DNA of 63,585 nt, counting the filler, from Octopus bimaculoides (lineage: Eukaryota): assembly GCF_001194135.2 (NCBI RefSeq). It is 5 parts of 5 records of this genome, joined end to end, with 100 filler letters (N's around TTAATTAATTAA, not from the genome) between each part and the next. Parts side by side here need not be neighbours in the genome. Positions count along the whole stretch, not along the records: positions 26,634 to 41,637 come from NC_069008.1; 4 more parts are not named here. The stretch is one strand, 5' to 3'. This document shows positions 26,634-38,699 of this stretch, piece by piece; within the stretch, counting starts at the first letter, position 1; each line of letters begins with the position of its first letter. Made by a program: the position numbers and the translations under genes. The notes under the pieces are model-generated. The model ran no database searches and had not been told where the DNA came from. It was given only the letters and a program-made list of their open reading frames with translations.

Positions 26634-27420
26634 AGAATTTGGATGATTGCTGGATTTACTGATATATTTTAGGTTAGTGGAGGGTTTGTGATACGGGAAA
26701 AATGTTTTAGTGTGTAGATCTAAAGTGACGTCCAAGAAGTTAGCTATAGATGTTTTATCTTCAAATACTATACCAAAGCCCATTCTACTAAAAAACCTAG
26801 CTAATTTATTTTTAACTTTTTGTATTTTTTGATTTGTGGTGTTCTCTAAGTATAATAGACAATCGTCTCTGTATAGACCACCCTTAACATTTGGGAATTG
26901 GTCTTCTAATTCGTATAGAATGTATGTGCATACTAAAACTGCTATTTGTGCTGAATCGGAACTTCCCATAGGGACATCGAATCCTTCTTATCTTGTTGAA
27001 TGCACACACACACACACACATATATATATATCAAATTATAATCAGGGGCCAGGTAATTGCTTCACCACGCACCCAATTTGGAAATAGGAGTTAAAATGCC
27101 TTTTCTGCTACCATGGCATTATCAAAATTATTAATTATTAATTAATTAATCCTTCTTAAGTATCGAATCCTTCTTAAGTATCCATAGTTTTTTTTATTGA
27201 ACTTAATTATGGAATTTCTAGCTGCTTTAATAACTTTAAATTCCTCTCTAGGCATACCCGCCTTCTTGTGAGCAAACCAAAGTGCTTTGTTTAAAATAAT
27301 GAGATTAATTGAGGGATAAAAAATTAGAAATGTCAAATTGGATAAATTTGGCATTATGTTTGTTATTAATATTGCGAAACCATTCAACTACCTGCAAAGA
27401 ATTAGACTATAAACTAAGTT
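26634..27420 (-). pseudogene. Penelope-like RT fragment interrupted at 26991-27150
   Basis: FDVPMGSSDSAQIAVLV, GGLYRDDCL, ANFLDVTLDL and YHKP...YISKSSNHP are PLE RT motifs. The upstream part lies in ORF 27142-27387. Confidence 0.88.
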
Positions 27421-27456
27421 TTTGTATATATATATATATATGTATATGTGTGTGTG

Positions 27457-27528
<72 letters not shown>

Positions 27529-27677
27529 GGGTTAAAATTAATTAATTCTTTAATTAATCAATTAATTAATTAATAATTAATAATTTTGATAATGCCATGG
27601 TAGCAGAAAAGGCATTTTAACTCCTATTTCCAAATTGGGTGCGTGGTGAAGCAATTACCTGGCCCCTGATTATAATT

Positions 27678-27738
<61 letters not shown>

Positions 27739-27757
27739 CATTCAACAAGATAAGAAG
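26984..27757. repeat. Inverted repeat: arms 26984-27150 and 27561-27757, 410-bp spacer
   Basis: The arms are reverse complements and appear identical apart from (CA)/(TA) tract length. Confidence 0.95.
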
Positions 27758-29269
27758 ACAGAGAGTGATACATGTGTTTGTGTCCGTGTGTCTGTATGTG
27801 TATGTATGTGTATTTATGTGTATGTATGAGAAAAACACTCATCTCAACACCTGCATTCTGTAAAAGAAGTATGGGTTATTCAATATTACTGCGCATGTTA
27901 AGTGTTTAGGAAATTATATGACTAAAACTAAAACGCAAAATATAAATAACATAGTAACCACTTAATATTTTCCGACTCCCCTCCATTTTAATCTGTTAAT
28001 ACCATCCGCCTTGAAACCATCCCTGGCTCTATAACGCAAACTTTATGTTTAAAGTGGTCTACATTAAAATCTTTCATCAAACTTTCATATGAATTTATGT
28101 TCCATTTCAAACTTATTCGAAACAAAATCAGTGTATTTCAGTAGAAATATGGGATCTTTTCCTTTTGGCCGGCACATAGAAAAAATAATTTTTTGTAACT
28201 AAACACTTTCAAATTTCGTATACTGGGGTCTCCTCACTGTGCAGGCAAAGTGAAAGTAGTGTTAGTTTAGCTCCACGACAAACCTGATCAAGTAGACCAA
28301 CAATGAAATGCATTGAAAATAATGGCCATCTAAAATAGCATTATATGTTATGTCTCTTTTTCGAAGAATGGGTAGCAATTTGAATTACTTTGACTGCTAT
28401 TTCAAGCAGTTTGAAAAACAGATCGAGAATCCTACATGTACATGAGTACAGACATCGCTGAATGTTGAACAAGTTCGATTTCAAATTACATGGCTGATCC
28501 TATGACACAATAATTTGAGCTGAATTACAGGCAGACTTAAGATTTGTGAGCGAAACTTGAAAGATGGAAACTGTGAGAAAGCCGTTTGGATGGTCCATGC
28601 TCTGCCTGAGGATTATATAAAGGGTAGAAATGCCTGCAGATAACCAGACGAACTATAATATAATTGACAGTAGCTGTAACTCAAGGGATTAACCTATTAC
28701 ATTATGTCGGCCGTTTGGTATTTCAGTACCCCCATTTGCTTTTTCAGTTTAACTAATGCCCAAACAAACTTTACCTTCCGTCTGAAGTAGATAAAATAAT
28801 TAGCTAATGAAAACGCAGGAAAGTAGTATTCTATCATGAACATAGTCCAATTAATGGAATCTGTCAAATAATAATTTGTTCTTCTTCGAGCAGTTCCTAT
28901 CTTAATGATATTGGATGGATTTCTACTAAAAGCAAGAATGGAAAGGGAATTATAGTGTGACATTCTGTTATTCTTAGGTATAATTTTTAATATGTTACGA
29001 GGTGGAGATTGAACAAAGTGTCTACATTATCAACAACATGCATACATACACAAACCATGAACACGAGAAACGGATGGAAATGTTTAAACAAGAACACAAA
29101 TATCATATGCTTCACGTACTGAATCTTTGTAGCAATTAGGCTACCAAGATTCTAGATGAGGTGGAGAATAAATAAATAAACAAATTATGTTAATCCTTTA
29201 TGTTTATTTGGTCGAAGTCAGGCTATGATTAAATAGAAGGGAAAAGTGCAGTGCAGATGGTGGAAATAA

Positions 29270-29900
29270 AATCTATCCGTATTAAGGATATTAAAATATG
29301 CCATACTTATTTGCTCTTGTGAACTCTATGGAACAGAATCCATTATAGTAGCGGTAGAAAAGGTAGAGAAAGGAGACAGTACGTCTGTAGGTTAGAAAAT
29401 GGAAATATCTGTCTGTGATTGTGTACCAATAATTCACGTGATCTGTTTCTGGAGGCCGTATAAGATGTGCGGAAGCAGGGCAACATCGTCCCAATTGTGA
29501 AAATGAGAGCAATACTCTATTGAGCTTTGTTGAGTTTCAATAAGTGTTGGAGCCTGAAGTGACTTCTGGCCTTTAAAAGAAGAGTTAACCATTGGGACGC
29601 AGTTCGATAATGATGTACTTTTGACAGGAAAGATCTTCGATGAGAGTGAAACCCAACAAATGGCGTGATTTTGTCGGCTGTGATGATGTTTTCTTCATAT
29701 GAACAGCATTCGTGGTTTCTTGCTTTGAAAAGAAATGAGATTGACATTTCTCCATTGGAGGATGCTTTCAAGATCCCTGTTAATAGAATCAGTGTTTTTG
29801 GCTTGTGATGTCTAGGTTATGATGGGATAATTCATGGTTCGGAATGAAGGGTATAGGAATCTAGGCGAGTATTGTTGAATGTAGCGGCAAAATATCTTAT
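29270..29900 (-). pseudogene. CR1/L2-like LINE 3' fragment
   Basis: ASQWLTLLLKARSHF..LLKLNKAQ and YRRTVSFLYLFYRYYNGFCSIE resemble the C-terminal RT motifs HRR.V..L.LFYRY..G.CS.EL. Confidence 0.65.
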
Positions 29901-29968
29901 AGATACCGATAGGAACTACGGCGGAGGTAAAGAATTCGTACATCACCCGTTTTCGGTGTAACAAAAAT

Positions 29969-30005
29969 CCTAACCCTAAACCCTAACCCTAACCCTAACC
30001 CTAAA
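29969..30005 (+). repeat. Short interstitial (CCCTAA)n telomere-like tract
   Basis: CCTAACCCTAAACCCTAACCCTAACCCTAACCCTAAA, about 6 units with two variants. Confidence 0.9.
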
Positions 30006-31367
30006 CACTGGATGCAAGTATTCTTTACTTTCATCGGAGCTACTGTCATTGTAGTTAAAAAATAAAAACACTTAGAGAGCAATAATAAATGAGACTATTT
30101 ATAAAACATGCTTAACGGATATAGGCTGCAGATGTTGACAATAGACTTTTAAGGAGATTATAAGATTGGCACTTAAACTGTTTTTAATTATGTAAGAAAT
30201 TAGAACTTAAGCCATATCCTGATCAGGCATCATAGAGGAAAGACGGATTTTTGTTCGTTTTGTTTTGAGTCTTGGTAATATTGTAGGAAGCAACAGAGAC
30301 AATCAGAAAGGTCAGTAATTAATTCATTTCACAATTTGTGATTAATTGTATTGTTTCTGGTTCTATATTATTTCTTTATTTATTTCTGTGACTATAACTT
30401 AGTATCCAATGAATTCATTTTTGCTTCCACTTGTATATATCATATATTTGTGCACACAGACTAAATCTTAGATTTTTTACTTGCATTTGACTGGCAAGTG
30501 ATTTGGTATGAGACCGCGCGTTGAAACTGAGGTGATTACTTTGTAGAAGAGTCATTAAAAAAATTATGAGGAAATTATGAGGAAATAAATGATGACATGT
30601 GCATTAACTCCTCTCCCTTACACAGAAAGAAATTTTCACAACAAATTCCGATATAATCGCAATCCCCACCATGTGAAACGTATCTCTAGGAAATTTCATA
30701 AAAAAATTATCCCTTTTCAGAAAGTTATGGGATAACAGACTAAGTGTGGTCCTACAAAATTGGTGTAAGTAAATTAAGACCATTTTTCTTATTCAGCTTT
30801 CTATTCAACAACGCTCAGCAAATGTGAAAGAATACTGGAATCAGCATAATTTCTGGATTAAACTTATTTGTAGAAAGTAGTGTTGCAAATATTTGAGCAA
30901 CTGCTATATTTCCAGAGTTATAAACAGTATAAAACGCTATTTGCAGAATTTAAAATGTTAGATTTTCTTCCTGATTGAAGCGTACTTGAAATATCCAGTT
31001 ATAGTATTCAATAATAAAACATTAATTTGGAAATTTATTAAAATTGGAATTTATAAAGATTTTCCAATCTAGACATAAGTAATTGTTTTCTTTTAATAAA
31101 AGTTACATAATCTAAACTAATTAGCTTTATTATAGTATATATAGAGATGTGCCTGTATGGGTGACTGGTCTTCTGTTTTTATTCGACATTATCATTCATT
31201 TTGTTCTTCACATTCGATGTGAATTGAAAGCTAGTGAAATCGAGGATAAATTCATGGAATGGAACGGGGCAATCTTTTTCCCTTCGAAGAATCTGGAGTG
31301 TGAAAGCATTGATAATCACTGATATTTTGTATTTTCTTCTTTTACAGATTAATCTACGTTTGAAAAT

Positions 31368-31546
31368 ATGCTCCGCGAACTAAATATGTTGACTGTTGTG
31401 TTGATACTATATATGGGATTGTTTTTGGAGTCGCATGTTGCTGTCTCAGACATCTGCTCAAAATGTGTATGTAATCTTGATGTAAACTGTAGCAGTCGCG
31501 GATTGTCTTCAATTCCGAAAGGCCTTCCGATAAATATTACATCTTT
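31368..31546 (+). CDS. First coding exon of a secreted or membrane leucine-rich-repeat protein (signal peptide + LRRNT cap)
   Basis: Strong acceptor TTTTGTATTTTCTTCTTTTACAG (exon starts 31348), ATG at 31368, hydrophobic leader MLTVVLILYMGLFLESHVAVS, LRRNT CSKCVCNLDVNCSSRGLSSIPKGLPINITSL, and donor TT|GTAAGT at 31547 (phase 2, splitting a Leu codon). Confidence 0.85.
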
Positions 31547-31898
31547 GTAAGTATTAGAATTTGATTCTGACATATTTTCCGCATACTGTGTTTCAAATTC
31601 TCATTGGTCATGTTCCCAACTAGTACCTTATATTGTTGATTTCACAGCTTATATTGTTGATCACACAATGTTATATTAGAGTAAAACAAGCCCGTAAGTT
31701 CTCTGTTGTGAAGGCAATTAGTCTCTTTCCTCTATTGAACCTATGATTTGCAGCAAATATGAAATCATATTACTAATATCTTGAACTTATGGCATAGTTG
31801 AGGAACGGAAGGAATGAAAACTTTGGTATTAATTAAATGTGTTGAATACGAGTACACAATATTATACTATTTTCTGAATTAGCTGAAAGTGTTGTTTA

Positions 31899-32900
31899 CA
31901 TCAGGCTGAGTAAAAAGAAAGCAACGTTTTGAAATAAGAAATTCATTGCAATATATTTTAACAATGCAGAAATTTCATTCATCAGAGTAAATACCATTAC
32001 AATCAACACATTTTTGCCAACGAGTTTGTTTATTCCGGTAACATAAAAATCTGAAGTTCTGGGGCTGATGAACTCTTTGAACATACTTTCAACTCCTCTC
32101 GCAAGAAACCACCAAGGTGGTTGAAAAAGTGGTAGTTGGTGGGAGAAAGGTCTGCGGAATAAGTTGGGAGGGGAAGAACTTCGTAGCCAAGTTCCCTCAA
32201 CTTCTGGAGCGTCGTTAATGAAACGTGTGGTCGAGCATTGCCATGAAGAATTATTGTCCCGCTTCTGTTGACCAGTCTGGGATGGAGGAGTAGCAGTTTT
32301 TCGTTCATTTTGGCAATTTCATAGCAATATGTTTCTGCAATAATGGTTTTTCTGGGTTTTAAGAAGTTATAAGGGATGAGTCTAGCAATACACCGAACAA
32401 TCACCATAACCTTCTGCAAAGAACGTTTTTCTTTTATTATTGTATAAAATCCACTTTTCGCTGCAAGTTACAATACGGCCGAGAGATGGATCGGTCTGGT
32501 TACGGAGAAGTGACGAGCAAATTTCATATCTGCACATCATATGATTCTCATTCAAATCGTGTAGCACCCATTTGTCGAGGCTTTTTTGATTTTCCGATTG
32601 CATGCAAATGGTTGCTGGCAGTTTTCTGGCTAACTTGAAGTTCTTTTGTGACTTCTCGAGTGGTTTTACGTGGACCTCTCTCAAAGACGGTCTTTAATTG
32701 ACCGCCGTCATCGCTGACAGACGTTTACGATCTTCAAGGCTCAGGACTCCACTGCAAAATCGTTTTAACAATTTTCGAGCTGATCACTCGCTGGTCATTT
32801 CCTAACCAAACGTTTCTTTGATGTCGCGAGCAGTTTCAGCTGAATAGCAAAATTGCTCTGATATCGCACTTTGACAGTTCCATTTCAGATTATTATAACA
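31899..32900 (-). mobile_element. Decayed mariner (DD34D-type) transposase
   Basis: KWVLHDL, IVTCSEKWILYNN, IILHGNARPH and LPTYSADLSPTNYHFF correspond to the mariner WVPHEL, TGDEKW, HDNARPH and YSPDLAPSDY motifs. Frameshifts and stops are present. Confidence 0.9.
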
Positions 32901-32984
32901 ACAGTGAAAAGAAAAATATTAATGTTAATTTATTGATGCATTTGATGCCAAATTCCCTTTCAAGACTGGGATGTGACCTTGCTG

Positions 32985-33165
32985 CAGGCAATTATCCGAT
33001 GGTGGTGTGTTTACGTCCTCGTAACTTAGCGGTTCGGCAAAAGAGACCGATATAATAAGTACTAGGCTCACAAAGAATAAGTCCTGGGGTCGATTTACTC
33101 GACTAAAGGCGGTGCTCCAGCATGGCCGCAGTCAAATGACTGAAACAAGTAAAAGAGTAAAATAG
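32985..33165 (+). mobile_element. SINE 3' half
   Basis: GTAACTTAGCGGTTCGGCAAAAGAGACCGA...CCAGCATGGCCGCAGTCAAATGACTGAAACAAGTAAAAGAG, shared with 2760-2910, 3830-3955 and 56440-56600. Confidence 0.8.
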
Positions 33166-33169
33166 TAAG

Positions 33170-33553
33170 AATGCTGGTTGAGAAGTGAACCAAATAAAAG
33201 ATGCATCTGCCAAGCGACTGATAGACCAAGCTAGAGCAACCTGTAGAAATTCAGAGAAACATAATAGAAAATTAGCAGAAGGAGAGTGAAACAGCTGTAG
33301 CAGAAGGAGAGTGAAGCAGCTGTAGCAGAAAGCGGTAATGAAAAGGTAAGAGATGGAGAATACGAAGCAGATGGAAACCGCAGAGTACCAGAGAATACTG
33401 ATAAAGTAACTAATGAAGACGGTCGAGATGAACAAATGTCAGTAAGTACCGCACAAGACTTGAACGATGAAGAGGTAGAGATTTTAGAAATGTTGCAAGG
33501 TAAAGTGAGCGATGGGAACAATGAAATACCACCAAATATAAGATATATGGACA
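33170..33553 (+). pseudogene. R4-like LINE N-terminal fragment
   Basis: KRLIDQARATCRN resembles the RLADQARAI N-terminal motif of R4-clade ORFs. Contains a 25-bp duplication. Confidence 0.45.
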
Positions 33554-35900
33554 CCTGTGATACAGGTAACTTTTGCACATTTATCGAGGCCAAATTGCAT
33601 CCTGATGTCATCACTGAATTGTTTAACAATTCCTAATAAGCCCCGTAGTTGGTAATTTTTTGCAAAGAGATTTAAATCATCCATATAAAAGAGATTTATA
33701 TTTTTATCAAACATTTTATAGCCATATTGTACACCATCGAGCAATTTTGAGAGAAGTATTAAGGCTAGACAAAAAAGGAGTGGTGATAGAGAGTCATCCT
33801 GGAAAATGCCATATGAAATTCTTACATCTCCAGCATTGAGAGATTCATTGTCACTGTTCAAAGTCAGTGTGGTTCTCCATGATCTCATACTTACAGACAA
33901 GAAGTTTCGCAAAGTAGGCGCTATTTTATACATTTCTAGACATTTCTTAATCCAGCTATGTGATAGACTATCAAAAACTTTTTTATAGTCAACCCAGGCT
34001 ACCGACAAGTTTTTGTGTTGCTTGTGACAATCTTCCAAGATCGTCTTTACAATCATAGGATGCCCCTTTTTATTAAAATGCTACAGGTATATTCAGTCAA
34101 GACAGATATAAGTATTTCATACATTGTTGCTAAGCAGGGTATAGGTCTATAGGTTTTTGGTTCATTTGTTTCCTCATTTTAGAAGTGGGAATATAACACC
34201 ATCAACTAGCCAAGAGGGAATCACACTTGGTTGTTGTAAAGTTTTGTTAGTAGTTCATGACTCTTTGGGAAGACATTCAACCAGAAGTTAGGAATTTTAT
34301 CCTTTCCTGGAGACATCCATTTGCTCGATGGCTTCCTGAGAGCAGATCTTACATCCTCTACCTTGACACCCTCCCACTTTTGCTCTTCTAAGGAGTCTAA
34401 GTCTGTAGGTATTCTATCAAATCAAGGAGCCTTTTTATTGTGTGTTTTTATTCTGCCTAAGTTTTATTCCAAAATTCCTGCACTTCTTACTTTGATGGGA
34501 CAGATTTTACTGTAACTGGTATTTCCCCTATCTTCCTGTAATAATGTTTTGGGTTATTTTTGAACATGTTGCTGTCCTTGAAGAATCTAACGCGCTTTTC
34601 ATACCTTGCTATGCGGGAAACTTTAGCACATACCTTTTGTTTGATAGTTTCTATGGTGGTATCGATGTCAAGTATGGTTTTCATATATTTTGTCTTTAAT
34701 TTTCGGATTTTTGTTGGTTTGATAGTCTTGTCAAAGTTAAGGTTTTTTAAACATTCTATGTCAGACCTAAATAGCTGAAATTAGTGTTGAATACACTCTT
34801 GCCAAGTAGGCTTTTTGTGGGAATGTCGTCGTTTTCTAAACTTTTCACCACATAGAACCGTTATGATTCTCGCGGATGCATAGTACAGGTGGTTGAGATC
34901 TGTAATAGCAACATCATTAGCTGAAATTATATCCTTAAATACAAGGCGGATTTTACCAATTATTTTCTGCTTTTGGTTAGAGTTGCGAATTTTTGGGAGA
35001 AAGTGACGTTCATTCATACTGGTTTCTTTAATTTTCAGCCATTCAATCATGATCTGTTTTTTTATATCATCTAGTTCAGTTGGGTCAATTTCTGTGTGAC
35101 TCTCTTCATCTATTTGATTTTCATCTGCCTTGGTGTTTATGGTTGGTCCAAAAAGTATTTCACTTTACTTCTCAGTTACATTAACTCTCTCTATCATTAC
35201 TCCATTTTCATCAGACCTGAGCTGATCTGTAATTATTTCCTCTGTAGTGTCTTCTTTAGCTGCAACTTCGTTTCCTTTATCCCGTACTGATTGTTTAATT
35301 TGTTCAATCTCTAATTCACTTAGTAATTTCTTTTTCATAATGTTCCTTCTGACGTTGGCAAGTTTGTTGCTGTCTATGTAGGGTCTTACTTCAAGCTGCT
35401 TCTGACTCCAGTTTAGGTAGGTTTGTTCAGTATTAGATCTATTTGTGGAGAAATACATGGCAGGATAGAAGGCTTTAAGAACTTTATTATTTCCCCTAGA
35501 CCGTTTTTCATTCTTTTTCTTTTGGTTATTTGATGACAAGTGTGGATGGCCATCTGTTAGAATATTCCGGTTGTGGGGTACTTCCAGCTCCTGTGTTTCG
35601 GGAAGATTTGAACCAGTAGCTGATTTTTCGTACCCAGTCTGGTTCCTCACTGGGGTACACGACGCTTGTTTATGCGGGTGACGGCCTATTTGGTTTGTAT
35701 TTTGCTTTGTTACCATTGAGGTATGACGAGTTTGGACGTTGACATTAGGGGACGCATCTGTCTGTTTAAGGTTAATGTTTTAAGACGACACCACATCCGA
35801 GTTCTCTGAATGAAAACATTGCCCGTAACAAGAGATCTATATATTTTTTGTTGAGAGATTTATCTCTGGGCATAGTTTTTTGTGGTGTTTTTAAACTTAT
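33554..35900 (-). pseudogene. R4/Dong-like LINE (5' region to RT), decayed
   Basis: WVDYKKVFDSLSHSWI, GIFQDDSLSPLLFCLAL, LFYMDDLNLFAK and DDIRMQFGLDKCAK (RT). Upstream QKVCAKVSRIARYEKR and KLANVRRNIMKKKLLSELEIEQIK. Confidence 0.88.
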
Positions 35901-36367
35901 GAATTGTTCACACTGTGTTAGTTCGAAAGTAAAAAAATTGTTTTTTGGTATTTTTTGTTTTTTTTGCTTTATTTCTGACACGTGTTTTCATGTGCGTGTA
36001 TGTGTGTCCTGTAAATTTCACGTAGTTGTGTAAACATTGGGATGTATTAAAATGTATATATGATTATGTAGACATTCGAGTGTATGCGTAATTAATCAAT
36101 TTGCGTACTTACTGTTTTGTTCCACTCATATTTTATAATTTGTAAACTTCCCGATGTTGATTTTGCAAGTGTCTTTAGCACATGTTTCACTGAGACATCA
36201 TGCATAGGAGAAACTGTGCTTTGTATGACAGTAAAGTTTCATTTTTGCGATTATTTTCGTTAAAAGGCCACTTCCTTCAAGTCTTCCACAGGTTCCTTTA
36301 TCCCATTCCACTGATGTTATTAGATTAGATTTGTTTTTGAATGGAGAGTCCGGTGTAGCACATCCAT

Positions 36368-36481
36368 GTTGTTATTCAGTGCGGAGCTCACCAGTTATTC
36401 AGCGCGGAGCTCACCAGTTATTCTGCACGTGGAGATCTCTGTTATTCAGCGCGGAGCTCTCCTGTTATTCAGTGCGGAGCT
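36368..36481 (+). repeat. Minisatellite, about 23 bp x 5
   Basis: Unit GTTATTCAGYGCGGAGCTC(A/T)CC(A/T), directly followed by (ATT)n. Confidence 0.9.
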
Positions 36482-36483
36482 AA

Positions 36484-36563
<80 letters not shown>

Positions 36564-36570
36564 CATCATT

Positions 36571-37100
36571 ATTGAGTGAGAGAGCAGTGCATGCCATCAA
36601 AATGACACTGGAATAAAATATATGAAGCCCAATATACCTGTCATGACTATCCGTCTAATAAAGGTACACCAGACCTATGCATCACAACCATATGTGCGCG
36701 ACATGGTGATCTCATATCAAGATTAACAGTACATGACCTTGCAGCTGGAGCCCAGTTAGAATTTTCTGGTTAAGTAGGCTATTCCACTCAAAAGATCCCT
36801 GAATAAGGGTTGTTTAAAGATGTTGAACAAACTACCCATGTTTCCAGATTATCCAAACCCCAAAGAATTCCTCTTATCACATATCTATGATGTTTCCCCA
36901 CTACTTCTACTCCTGATCAGAGATGCACATATCGTCAGCCTCTAAGGGACATACTCAACTGGTTAAGGTCAAGCAACTGGCAAACAAACCTGTGGTATTG
37001 AGCAGAATATTAGCTGTAGCCCATCATTTATACCAAGACAAAACAATGTACATGATAACACTTCCAATCAATTAAGATCAAAAGCCATGAGAGCCACTAC
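36571..37100. mobile_element. Interspersed repeat A, copy 1 (unclassified, abuts ATT arrays)
   Basis: 36654-37100 is a direct repeat of 37941-38445. Confidence 0.8.
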
Positions 37101-37139
37101 CAAACGTTGCTCTGTGTACCATGTGTATGTGCTGTGGTT

Positions 37140-37935
37140 TATTGCGGTACTCTTATTTTCACTGTCTTGAATGTGTTTAACGTAGGATGTGTGCGGTGCC
37201 TAGTAGTGCTATTTACTGTATGTCATATATGCTTGTAAGTATTTGTGTTTTGGTTATGTATTTGTCTGAATATTTTTTTGTCATACCTAGTGCACCCACT
37301 ATAATAGGAATTGTTTCTGCTTTTAGGCTCCACATTCGAGTTATCCTATTTCCAGATCTTTCTATTTTGAAACTCTCCGTGTTTCTTTTAGAGAAACGTT
37401 GTCATCTGTTGTTATTGATACATCGATTAGAAGGCGTCATTTTCTTGGTGATCTCTTACAATTATATCTGGTCTATTAACCTTGATTTATCTATCTGTGT
37501 ATTAGCATATCCCAAAGTATGGTTGCTTCCTTATTTTCTGTGACCTTTTCTGGTGAGTGCCTATACCATATTTTTTCTTTTGTCATTTTACAGTGTTCGC
37601 ACAGCTTCCAGTGTATATAGGTCCAAACTCTGATATATCTGTGAATATATTATTTCTTAGCCAGGACTGGGCAGCTAGAGACAATATGATTTATTGTTTC
37701 TTCTCCATCACCACATATTCTATAGTTACTTGTATTTTTTTTCATTATGTGTTTTTGGTGATCTTTGGTGGGAAGGCTTTGATCTTGTGCTGCAATTAAA
37801 AATTCTTCAGTCTCTGCTTTGAGTCCTGAGCTTCTTAACCGTTGCTGAGATTTTGCTTTGTCTATTTCTTTTAGCTTAACCCAATATTTGCCATGTCGGG
37901 GCCTTTCTTGTTATTGTTTTATCATGATATGCTGT
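37140..37935 (-). pseudogene. R4/Dong-like LINE 3' fragment (REL endonuclease)
   Basis: Minus strand reads LRSSGLKAETE.FLIAAQDQSLPTK, HIISSCP, IPIIVGALG and IALLGTAHILR. Confidence 0.85.
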
Positions 37936-37940
37936 TACTC

Positions 37941-38450
37941 ATCTGATAAGAGTACACCAGGTACATGCATCACAACCATAGGTGCGCGACAAGGTGATCT
38001 CATATCAAGATAAACAGCACATGAGCTTGTAGGTGGGGCCCAGTTAGAATTTTCTTCAGGTCGAGTAGCCCATCCCGCTCAAAATCTCCTTGATTAAAGG
38101 TTGTTTAAGGATGATAAACAAAACACCCATGTTTCCAGAGGTGAATTATTCAAACCTCAAATAATTCCTCTAAACACATGATGTTTCCTCACTACTTCTA
38201 CTCCTGATCAGAGATGCTCATGTCAGCAACCACCAAGGGACACGCTTAACTGGTTAAAGTCAAACAACTGACAAGCAAATCTGTGGTATTGAGCAGAATA
38301 TTTACTGTAGCCCATCTTTTATACCAAGACAGAACAATGTACATAATTGCGCTTCCAACCAATTAAGAGACCACGAGGGCCACTGCCTGATACTGCATCA
38401 GGGCATCAAAAGCCATGAGAGTCACTGTCTGGTACTGCATCAGGGCATAC
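37941..38450. mobile_element. Interspersed repeat A, copy 2
   Basis: Direct repeat of 36654-37100. Ends GGTACTGCATCAGGGCA (locally duplicated) next to (ATT)n. Confidence 0.8.
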
Positions 38451-38452
38451 AC

Positions 38453-38525
<73 letters not shown>

Positions 38526-38699
38526 GTTTTCTTTCTTCTTTCTTCAAATTTTCTTCCATTTCTCGCCGGGTGTTTTCCGGACACCTAGGGCAGAGAAGCT
38601 CATTGTATGCATTCCCAGTTTACACACGCAAATCTGTTTCATTGAGTGGAGCATTTGCTAGTAGTAGTAGTCGTGGTAGTAGTAGTAGCAGCAGCAGCC

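Noticed and set aside
28600-28645. CTGAGGA...GAAA hammerhead-like words (also at 14905, 20030 minus and 51815 minus)
   Set aside because: No helix II pairing or NUH/helix I closure.
30288-30311. Possible 24-nt 5' UTR micro-exon (TTGTAG|...AAAG|GTCAGT) for the LRR gene; similar candidates near 16271 and 17860
   Set aside because: Splice-like words are common in AT-rich DNA. Cannot be supported without RNA data.
36368-36481. CRISPR-like array
   Set aside because: Repeats are contiguous without unique spacers, and the context is eukaryotic with no cas genes.
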